This document shows positions 56,371-64,000 of a stretch of DNA of 64,000 nt, in pieces (position 1 is the first letter of the stretch; the number at the start of each line of letters is the position of its first letter). The position numbers and the translations under genes were made by a program. The stretch is from a phage. The notes under the pieces were generated by a model, which worked only from the letters and a program-made list of their open reading frames with translations, did not search any database and was not told where the DNA came from. Where the stretch lies: assembly GCA_009015555.1 (NCBI GenBank), contig GCA_009015555.1_3613.1; one strand, written 5' to 3'.

Positions 56371-56709
56371 ATGGCTCTTGATATTATGTTGATTCTGAAG
56401 TCTCTTTGGGGTTTGGTGACTTTCCTTCTGTTGGGGGTACTCAAAATCTTTTATTCCGACTTCAAGAAAATGCAGGAGAAGCAGGACGCTCTTGAAAAAG
56501 ATCTGATTCGGCTTCGTGGTGAGATGGTCAGCAAAGATAGTATTGATGACATCCTGGATCGTAAGATCAAGCATATCACCGACACTATTGGCGACATTCG
56601 TGCCGACATCACTGACATGCGGAAAGAGGCCAAAGAAGAGACTAACGCTCTTCAGAAGGACATCCGCTCCGTACTTAACGTCATGTTGGAGAGTCGTCGC
56701 AACAAATGA
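56371..56709 (+). CDS. small membrane protein with coiled-coil C-terminus
   Basis: RBS AGGAGA; N-terminal TM LILKSLWGLVTFLLLGVLKIF. Confidence 0.45.
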   Translation: MALDIMLILKSLWGLVTFLLLGVLKIFYSDFKKMQEKQDALEKDLIRLRGEMVSKDSIDDILDRKIKHITDTIGDIRADITDMRKEAKEETNALQKDIRSVLNVMLESRRNK

Positions 56710-57164
56710 TCACGTCCATTATTTTTGGACTCTGCTTCGTCATCCTGGCAACTCGCCCGGATGCCGGGGCCAAGATTATGGCGGGGCTTGGCCTCGCCTA
56801 TCTTGTTCTCGAAAACCTGATGTTTTGGTTTTTCAGCGGGGCCGAGTTCTTCGACATCACGCTGTACTTTACCACAGCTTGGGCATTGGATTCAATACTT
56901 TTATTTGCCGTGGCACTCTTTGTCCGAGGGTATCGTCAGGTCGCTGTTTTGGCGCTGGCCCTGCCTCTGATGCTGGTACAAGTATTCGCAATCCAATATC
57001 CAATCTTATTCCCCGATTGGGTTTATTCCTTCGCCGTACAGGATGCACACAGGTATTTCATCGAGGTGTTTATCTTCGTCTATTCCTGGAAGGACAATAC
57101 AGTCTCCGAGTGGCTCAGAACAGGAACCGTTCTGGCACTTGTTATTGTTGCCCATCTGGTGTGA
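56706..57164 (+). CDS. polytopic membrane protein (about 4 TM)
   Basis: Four hydrophobic segments; ATGA-coupled to upstream membrane protein. Confidence 0.5.
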   Translation: MITSIIFGLCFVILATRPDAGAKIMAGLGLAYLVLENLMFWFFSGAEFFDITLYFTTAWALDSILLFAVALFVRGYRQVAVLALALPLMLVQVFAIQYPILFPDWVYSFAVQDAHRYFIEVFIFVYSWKDNTVSEWLRTGTVLALVIVAHLV

Positions 57165-57187
57165 CGCATTGATAATGAAGGTGTTCT

Positions 57188-57451
57188 ATGCTAAAATTCT
57201 TCAAAGACCTCGTAACTTCCCCCATCGAACCTGACAAGGCTTCCCACACGAAGTTCTGGTCAAACGTGGGTATGGCGGCTATGACGGCAGTTTTCCTCTG
57301 GTACGGCTTCAACAACACCCTCCCGGAGTGGTATGTTTGGGTTTATGCACCCACAGTAGTAGCACCTCACCTTCTGAGTGACCTCATCAATCTTCGTTGG
57401 GGTATTGCCAAGAAAGAGTCGGAAGTTTCCAACAACGAAGAATCCAAATAA
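57188..57451 (+). CDS. small membrane protein (87 aa)
   Basis: Hydrophobic segment MAAMTAVFLWYGF, charged C-terminus. Confidence 0.42.
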   Translation: MLKFFKDLVTSPIEPDKASHTKFWSNVGMAAMTAVFLWYGFNNTLPEWYVWVYAPTVVAPHLLSDLINLRWGIAKKESEVSNNEESK

Positions 57452-57463
57452 GAGGAGATTCGC

Positions 57464-60400
57464 GTGTCATCCAATACTGATATCATTGCCCTGTTGAGCA
57501 GCGATGCTGACAAGGCAGTTGACCAGATCATCGAAGACTCCAAACGTCTTCACATCGTGGTCAACGGGACGGGCACCGAGCAGGCTGTTGCAGAGGATGG
57601 GAGCTTGCTCCCGTCTGTTCGCAAAGCGCTGATCGACAACCTGTATTTCAAAACCCCACCTCTTCCCTGGAGAAACGGTGGGTCTGTCAACGAGTTCAAC
57701 CAGCTTTACTCCTTCACCGACGTAAGCGGGAACACCACTTGGTGGTATGCGCCCGGAGCTACGGTATCAAACCCGGTTGTGATGCGTGACAGCCCGATCA
57801 ATGACGGCAAGTTCAAGGTTTTCTTGGACAAAACCAACATCGCCGATATCTATGCCCCTCTGAACTCTCCGAACTTCGTCGGTAACCCCCGTGTGCCTAC
57901 CCCGGCCCCTGGCGACAACAGCCAAACCGTCCCGACAACCGGGTGGGTTCAGTCAGAGATGCAGGACCTGGAAGACCAGATCATTGCCTCTATGAAGGGT
58001 GATTTCGAAAACATCACCGTCCGTAACGATGCCGTTCTCAAAGACACGTATATCAGCGGTGAGTTCATTGTCACCAGTGATAAGTTGTCCGCTGCCAGCG
58101 CCGAAGCAACCTTCCGTCGTATTCGTGTGGTCGGCACCGCAGACAATACTGAGATCGCTTTTGAGCAGAACACCGCACCTCCAGCGGGGGCGAGCACAAA
58201 GACTAACATCAAGCCGTACACGATGTCAACAGGCATCTTGACGATTGACCAGTTGAAAGGAAAATCTGCCCAGATTGGTGATGTTGCTGTTGCCACGGAC
58301 TCCCTGAATGTCGATGGGTACATGCGTGGGGATTACCTGCATCTGGAAGGTAACAACCGAAACAGCACAACCCGCCCTCAGTTGATCGTTGATGGTATTG
58401 CAGAGATCAATACGCTGCGGGTGACTGGAACCATCGAGGGTGTAAAAGCTGATGTTGATGGCTTGGATATTCATCCTCGTAGTGTTATCATCGACGAAGG
58501 TTTGACGGTTGGCAAAGATACCTCCCTGACAGGAAAGCTGACTGTCGGCGGTACAACCAAGGTGAATAACCTGGAGGTTACTGGAACCCTGTCTGGTGTT
58601 GCTATCAGTGTTGACGGTAAAGACATCAAGCCCCGCTCTGTTAACACCGGGAACTTGGTTGCTACTGGCAACGTGCAGATCAGTGGGACGACCACTGCAA
58701 CCGGGAAGATCACAACTCAAGATCTTGAAGTGCTTGGCACACTGACAGCTAACCTCGACCTGTCCGGGTCGGATCTGAGTGTTGATAATATCAACGTTGC
58801 AGAAACCGCGACAATAAAGGATTTGGTGGTTACCGGAAAAACAACCGGGGTCAAAGGTGACGTTGATGGAACCTTGATCAAGCCTTCTTCTGTTCAGGCA
58901 ACGGGCCTTGTGTCAGCAGGTTCATTGTCTACCAATGCAAATGCCTCTATCGGGGGTAACCTGACGGTGACTGGAGAGTTCCGTCCCGCCAGCATGGAAA
59001 CAGGTGCAGTTGAGGCAGATAGTCTGGTTGTTAATGGTAACATTTCCCAGACGACAGGAACAACCTCTGTAGTCAACCTGGTTGTCACAGGAACGACAAC
59101 TGGCGTAACAGCCGATGTCAATGGTGACGACATTTTGCCTCGCTCCGTGACTACTACTGCGGGGGTTAAAGTCGGAACCACCCTCGACGTAACTGGAAAG
59201 ACTACCCTCGGAGATGTTGATTTCACTGGGGTTGTTACCGGGCTTGAACTTGATCTTTCTCAAAAGAACGTGACAGTTAAGTCAATTGCTGCTGTAGATC
59301 CTTCTGCATTTGGGGATGTGACGACAGATAATCTGACCAACAGCGAGAAGATCATCACTCAAGACATCCAAGTTCTGGGTGATATTCTGGATGCTGCGGG
59401 GAATCCTGTCAACACCTTTGATGTTACAGGCAAAGATATTCTGCCAAACAGTGTTCAATCTGCGACGTTTATTCGCGGAAAAACTCTGGACATCAGTGAC
59501 GGTTCCACCCTCCGTGGCCCTGTCGAGTTCCGTAACGGGCTGACAGTAACTCTTGGAGACATCATGTCGCCCCAAGGGAAGGCAACGTTCAACGATGTAC
59601 AGGTCAATGGTGCATTGACGGACGCTAACGGCAACGTCATCGGCTCCGTTGAAAGCATCAAGGGCAAGGACATTGAACCACGCTCCGTTGTGGCTACCGT
59701 GTCTGTACAGGCCCCTCGTCTCCAATCAACTGGGGATATTTTGGGCCAGAGCGCGACAATCACCAATAACGTCTCTGCGGGGACCTTGGGTGTTTCCGGG
59801 TTGACAAACCTGGCAGAAACTCGTGTGAATGCGAAGCTAACAGGGCAATCCACAGAGTTCGAAACTCTGCTCCTGAAGCGCGTTGCTGGTCAAGATACAC
59901 CTCGCTTGGTTGTGCAGGGGGATTCAGATCTCCAGGGGGACCTGAACGTCTCGGGGACCATTACCGGGATTGTTGACCTGACGGCTCAAGATATCCGTAT
60001 GAACAGCCTTGTGCTCGCCGAGGATCTTTCTGCAAGGAATATTACAGGATCAGGCACGGTTCAGGGCGCTAATGGAATTTTCGGCCAGTCTTCCCAGCCC
60101 ACCACCCAGTACGGTTTGCAGTCTCTTTCCAGCGCTAAGGTAGATAAAAACCTCGATGTTGGAGGAAACTTGCGGGTAACTGGGGCCATTACCGGAAGTA
60201 TGGACTTCACAGGGAAGGATATTACCCCACGGAGTGTCGCGGCGTCAGCCGGAATCGGGGCCGTGGATATCACGGCATCCGGCACGACAACGACGAAGGA
60301 CCTTGTGGTCACCGGGACGACAAGTTTTGCGGGAGACAGCGTTTTCAATGCAGGCCAGGTTAAGTCCAAGTTGTTCACCGTTGACATTGGTACTGATATC

Positions 60401-60688
60401 ACTTCAGGATCGGGGTCTTGGATTCCAGACGGGCTTCAGTCCGTTTATAACGTGACGGTTACCGCCGATACCGTTATCGGTTCCATTGCTCAGTTGCCGG
60501 GCGCGGGGACTTACTTCTTCTATATCGAGCAGGATGCTGTTGGGGGCCACACTGTGACCTTTGACCCAGCTTACCTCAAGATTGGTGATGGAGAAGTGGC
60601 TACAGCGCCAAACGCAATCTCTCTGGTCCAAGTAATCTACCGTGGTAAAGGTTCAATCTTCGACTACGTGATTCTTAACCGAGGTTAA
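57464..60688 (+). CDS. Long tail fibre protein with internal repeated modules (GTG start)
   Basis: 1074-aa protein with repeated VTGT..GV..DVDG.DI.PRSV units; RBS GAGGAG before GTG. Confidence 0.62.
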   Translation: MSSNTDIIALLSSDADKAVDQIIEDSKRLHIVVNGTGTEQAVAEDGSLLPSVRKALIDNLYFKTPPLPWRNGGSVNEFNQLYSFTDVSGNTTWWYAPGATVSNPVVMRDSPINDGKFKVFLDKTNIADIYAPLNSPNFVGNPRVPTPAPGDNSQTVPTTGWVQSEMQDLEDQIIASMKGDFENITVRNDAVLKDTYISGEFIVTSDKLSAASAEATFRRIRVVGTADNTEIAFEQNTAPPAGASTKTNIKPYTMSTGILTIDQLKGKSAQIGDVAVATDSLNVDGYMRGDYLHLEGNNRNSTTRPQLIVDGIAEINTLRVTGTIEGVKADVDGLDIHPRSVIIDEGLTVGKDTSLTGKLTVGGTTKVNNLEVTGTLSGVAISVDGKDIKPRSVNTGNLVATGNVQISGTTTATGKITTQDLEVLGTLTANLDLSGSDLSVDNINVAETATIKDLVVTGKTTGVKGDVDGTLIKPSSVQATGLVSAGSLSTNANASIGGNLTVTGEFRPASMETGAVEADSLVVNGNISQTTGTTSVVNLVVTGTTTGVTADVNGDDILPRSVTTTAGVKVGTTLDVTGKTTLGDVDFTGVVTGLELDLSQKNVTVKSIAAVDPSAFGDVTTDNLTNSEKIITQDIQVLGDILDAAGNPVNTFDVTGKDILPNSVQSATFIRGKTLDISDGSTLRGPVEFRNGLTVTLGDIMSPQGKATFNDVQVNGALTDANGNVIGSVESIKGKDIEPRSVVATVSVQAPRLQSTGDILGQSATITNNVSAGTLGVSGLTNLAETRVNAKLTGQSTEFETLLLKRVAGQDTPRLVVQGDSDLQGDLNVSGTITGIVDLTAQDIRMNSLVLAEDLSARNITGSGTVQGANGIFGQSSQPTTQYGLQSLSSAKVDKNLDVGGNLRVTGAITGSMDFTGKDITPRSVAASAGIGAVDITASGTTTTKDLVVTGTTSFAGDSVFNAGQVKSKLFTVDIGTDITSGSGSWIPDGLQSVYNVTVTADTVIGSIAQLPGAGTYFFYIEQDAVGGHTVTFDPAYLKIGDGEVATAPNAISLVQVIYRGKGSIFDYVILNRG

Positions 60689-60690
60689 TA

Positions 60691-60716
60691 CAGCCGCCTT
60701 CGGGCGGCTTTTATTT
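60691..60716 (+). terminator. Rho-independent terminator
   Basis: agccgccttcgggcggct followed by tttatttt. Confidence 0.65.
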
Positions 60717-60726
60717 TGGAGGTATT

Positions 60727-61923
60727 ATGTTTCCTTTTGCTATTATTCCACCGTTTGTTCTTTCAGGCAAGGAAAAAATCAAGCAGTTTTCGGTTACGTC
60801 TTACGACAGTATGGTCCTGACTGATAAGGGGAACCTGTATGTTACAGGATTCAACCGGGTGGGTGAGCTTGGTGTTGGGGACACAACTAACCGAAATAAC
60901 CAATGGGTTTTGGTAATGCAGGACGTAAACTGGATTGCAAGCAACCGTGAGAAGCTGTGGGCAATTAAGAACGACGGTTCCATTTACACCCCGGATCTTC
61001 GGTCATCCAGTACAACTGCATATACTTGGCAAATCGACACGGTAGCACCTGGAAGTATTGGGGATTTGTCTGGGGATAATATCAAGGAGATTTACAGCGA
61101 CACAGAGAGCGTATATATCCTCAAAAAGGATGGTTCACTGTGGTATCTGGGAAATAACTCTAAAGGCCAAGCTGGAAACGGGGGAACTTCCTTAACCACA
61201 CGCTTTGTGAAGGTTTCAGATGGTGTGGTATCTTGGTCATCCAGTGGACCCACTGTTGTTTTCGTGAAAACAGACGGATACTTCTGGGGCTGCGGATCAA
61301 ATTCCCGAAATATCATTTCCTCTGCTGGCAGCAGTATCACAACCCCTACCCGGATGTTTAGCACCACCCACGCTGACGGAGGTGTTGTAACAGATTACAC
61401 GCTGGCCTCTGACCAAGCGTTTTTGATCAGATATAGTAATGGTAAATATCGTACCAAAGGTCTCAATATCGGACAACTTCCTTCAGGGGATGCAAGTCCA
61501 TACAATACCCTTACGGACGTTCCTGACGGATACACCCCCGGTGATGGAACGGAGCCTCTGGTAAGCAAAACAGGAGGGGTGTCGGCCTCTGGAACTTGGC
61601 CTAACTATAGTGGTCTTTTCTTCTACCATACGGGAGGGAAATTCATAGTCACTGGTCAAGCAAGCGGGAGAATTTCCGGGACCAGCCAAACCAGCGGTAC
61701 ACTCTCAAACTGGACCAATGTCGATGCGGCAAGTGACGAGATCCCATCTATCAAGGGAATGACCTTCGGACTGGGTTGGGTTGCTGCCTACAACGATACG
61801 CAGATTCTGTACTGGGGGTATACGGGAAACTCCTCTGCATATCCGGTTGTGGGATACCTAATGCCCGGACCTTCAAGGCTTGAATATGTGGCACGTTTTG
61901 CAACCCCGCCGATCGAGGCATAA
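60727..61923 (+). CDS. RCC1-like repeat (beta-propeller) protein
   Basis: Recurrent G.N..GQ.G.G / LG.G units (GFNRVGELGVGD, GNNSKGQAGNGG, GLNIGQLPSG). Confidence 0.5.
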   Translation: MFPFAIIPPFVLSGKEKIKQFSVTSYDSMVLTDKGNLYVTGFNRVGELGVGDTTNRNNQWVLVMQDVNWIASNREKLWAIKNDGSIYTPDLRSSSTTAYTWQIDTVAPGSIGDLSGDNIKEIYSDTESVYILKKDGSLWYLGNNSKGQAGNGGTSLTTRFVKVSDGVVSWSSSGPTVVFVKTDGYFWGCGSNSRNIISSAGSSITTPTRMFSTTHADGGVVTDYTLASDQAFLIRYSNGKYRTKGLNIGQLPSGDASPYNTLTDVPDGYTPGDGTEPLVSKTGGVSASGTWPNYSGLFFYHTGGKFIVTGQASGRISGTSQTSGTLSNWTNVDAASDEIPSIKGMTFGLGWVAAYNDTQILYWGYTGNSSAYPVVGYLMPGPSRLEYVARFATPPIEA

Positions 61924-61926
61924 TAA

Positions 61927-61955
61927 AAAGGCACCCTAACGGGTGCCTTTCTTTT
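61927..61955. terminator. Bidirectional terminator between convergent genes
   Basis: aaggcaccc-taac-gggtgcctt hairpin flanked by A-run upstream and T-run downstream. Confidence 0.6.
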
Positions 61956-61967
61956 TATCATGACAAC

Positions 61968-63200
61968 TTAGAAGGGGATGTCATCGTCGAAATCAACTTC
62001 CGGCGGAGTCATGTCGATATGACCGTTGCTGCTTGTCGCAGGAGTCGATTGTAGAGTCTCCGGTTTAGGGTCCACCTTAGGGTCAGGCTGGGACTGTGCA
62101 GTTTGTGCCACAGAGCCACCAGAACTTTGCTCACCCTTGACGTATGCAGATACGCCCGGGACAACCTCGCTCATGAGACCACGAGCATAAGCCAACAGCT
62201 TACCAGTGATCTCTTCTGGATTGTCGTTCTCACCAACCTGGATATCACGGGTGGCGTTCAGAACAGCATGGCCCACCATCGCACCCAGATCGTAATCAGA
62301 CATACCCTTGTTAGCCGGATCATTTGCAGCGTCCAGCTTCAGATGTTTGGTGACATCATGAACAACCTTGGCTACTTCCACCACCGGAGGGATAGTCAGA
62401 CCGCTACGACGCAGGTTCAGGGCACCGTTCAGTGCATGGCCCGTTTCCATACCGGAGTTGTCCTTCTTGAAACCACCTTTGGAACCGCCCGCACCTGCAC
62501 CAGCAGAACCTTTTGGACCGTAGGCTTTGAAACCTGACAATGTACCATCCTCAGCACGTTGCCCTGCCAGGCGACCACCCACCTGAACTTGGGCGATCTG
62601 CTCTTTGTTCAGAACCACAGAGACTTCATTACCGTTCTCATCCTTCACCACAGCGCCTGTATCGCTCAGGGAGAGGATTTCTCCGTAAACCTTAGTGGTT
62701 TTGCCACCTGGGGCGTTGGACGACGCAGAGGACGTCTGAGAGCCTCCTGCATTGCCTGCCGGGGCGGCATCACGGGCACCGGATTTGTCGGTAATAACGA
62801 TCTTGGATTTCTTACCCTCCGGGGCAGAGCGTTCGTTGCCGTCACTATCAGTCCACTTACGGATCTGGACAGGAACACGAATTGCCATACCCGGCTTCAG
62901 GTCAACCCATACTTCGCCTTCTTTTACCTGATACTGGCTTTCGTATTTCATGTTCTTCACTTCGTGAGTTCCGAAGCTGATCCACACCTGATCTTCACCG
63001 TTTTTAACCAGCAGAGATGCACGGTGAGTGGCAACGATAGTCTTACCCTTGTTCGGACCCTTGTTAATGGGGGTAATTTTCGGACTGCCGTCCTCGTTGA
63101 TGCGTTTAATGTTGATACGTTCGATAGTACCAACAGCCAGGCTTACCGTAGAGTTGTCGATCGGGTTAACTACTTCGGTAATTACTTTAACATCAGACAT
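61968..63200 (-). CDS. SSB-like protein with C-terminal DFDDDIPF tip motif (410 aa)
   Basis: C-terminus ...PPEVDFDDDIPF matches the acidic tip of bacterial SSB from memory; long Gly/Ala/Ser-rich linker; RBS AAGGAG. Confidence 0.5.
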   Translation of the reverse strand: MSDVKVITEVVNPIDNSTVSLAVGTIERINIKRINEDGSPKITPINKGPNKGKTIVATHRASLLVKNGEDQVWISFGTHEVKNMKYESQYQVKEGEVWVDLKPGMAIRVPVQIRKWTDSDGNERSAPEGKKSKIVITDKSGARDAAPAGNAGGSQTSSASSNAPGGKTTKVYGEILSLSDTGAVVKDENGNEVSVVLNKEQIAQVQVGGRLAGQRAEDGTLSGFKAYGPKGSAGAGAGGSKGGFKKDNSGMETGHALNGALNLRRSGLTIPPVVEVAKVVHDVTKHLKLDAANDPANKGMSDYDLGAMVGHAVLNATRDIQVGENDNPEEITGKLLAYARGLMSEVVPGVSAYVKGEQSSGGSVAQTAQSQPDPKVDPKPETLQSTPATSSNGHIDMTPPEVDFDDDIPF

Positions 63201-63285
63201 TCACTTCTCCTTCGAGGATAAACAAGGCCCCAGAATTGAGGCCAGGACAACAGGTTACCACATTTACTCAGAATTGCAAGGTGCC

Positions 63286-63471
63286 TTACCAGACACCGAA
63301 CCAAACGCCGACCCCGTGGATAACACCGACCGGGGCGAAGATAGCACCCGCAATCAGGAACAGCCACGACGCAGTTTTGATACACACCACAACGTGGGTG
63401 ATCCATGCGACGATGGATGCGATTACGATTGCCAGCCAACCCAGACCTAAACCTGCCAGTAACTTGTTCAT
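63286..63471 (-). CDS. small membrane protein (61 aa)
   Basis: Two hydrophobic segments. Confidence 0.4.
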   Translation of the reverse strand: MNKLLAGLGLGWLAIVIASIVAWITHVVVCIKTASWLFLIAGAIFAPVGVIHGVGVWFGVW

Positions 63472-63483
63472 TTCCTCTCCTTT

Positions 63484-63861
63484 TTACAAATAGACGCGCT
63501 GCACCTCTTTGTCTGCTTGATCAAACATCAAGTTTGCAGCATTAATGTCCTTAATCATCTCCTCCGTCATCTGATCCGGGCGCAATGCCCGCAGTGAACG
63601 TTTGAAGAGGACTTTCGGATCTTCAGTTACATCTCCCGACACATCGAACATCTTGATGATCATCTTCACCGGAACCTCACGAGAAATCTGTCCGCCGACG
63701 TTGATGGCGTATGTAGCCCCTACTTCAACTTGACGGTGGTCCAGTTCGTACATCAGATTCAGGTTAACGTATTTGTATTCGTCGCAGCGAGTAATGTTCT
63801 TCTGTGCCTGAACACAAACCCAGCCCGGCTCAACAAAAGTGTTATCGAAAATGCTCATCAT
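63484..63861 (-). CDS. hypothetical protein (125 aa)
   Basis: ORF only. Confidence 0.45.
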   Translation of the reverse strand: MMSIFDNTFVEPGWVCVQAQKNITRCDEYKYVNLNLMYELDHRQVEVGATYAINVGGQISREVPVKMIIKMFDVSGDVTEDPKVLFKRSLRALRPDQMTEEMIKDINAANLMFDQADKEVQRVYL

Positions 63862-64000
63862 GTCTTCCTCATCAGTTAATGTTGTGACCAGTATACCTAC
63901 ATTCCCGTAGAAGTCAACTTACTTTTGAAATTACCAGTTTTTGAACGTAGCCCTGCAACAGGGCGTAAGTTACACCACCCACATAACTACCGCCGACAGA

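Noticed and set aside
62103-63221. Plus-strand ORFs (144 aa and 220 aa) within the SSB-like gene region
   Set aside because: Antisense to the minus-strand gene that carries the RBS and the C-terminal DDDIPF motif

Overview
This 64 kb window reads as a contiguous segment of a tailed, contractile-tail (myovirus-like) bacteriophage genome; no integrase, rRNA or CRISPR array was seen. Layout: (1) 1-17775, a leftward (minus-strand) early block with nucleotide metabolism (truncated NrdA, ThyX, dNMP kinase, 5'-nucleotidase, MazG-like), DNA processing (DEDD exonuclease, Endo VII-like, RuvC-like, flap endonuclease, ligase-like), a NADAR-domain protein and many small ORFs; (2) 17776-18139, an AT-rich GATC-clustered divergent control region; (3) 18140-23000, rightward genes including a PRPP-synthetase-like + NAMPT-like pair that I interpret as a two-gene NAD+ reconstitution (NARP1-type, Adps+Namat) counter-defence module, followed by small acidic proteins; (4) 23478-27024, an array of 19 tRNA genes with embedded small protein genes and tRNA-sized unassigned spacers; (5) 27131-61923, spanin pair, large terminase, portal, head genes, collagen-like repeat proteins, sheath/tube/chaperone with a -1 frameshift site, tape measure, baseplate, tail fibres, membrane proteins and an RCC1-like protein; (6) 61968-63861, a minus-strand SSB-like gene and small ORFs. 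All functional calls come from motifs read by eye in the translations; no database search was run, and start codons and tRNA coordinates are approximate to a few nt.
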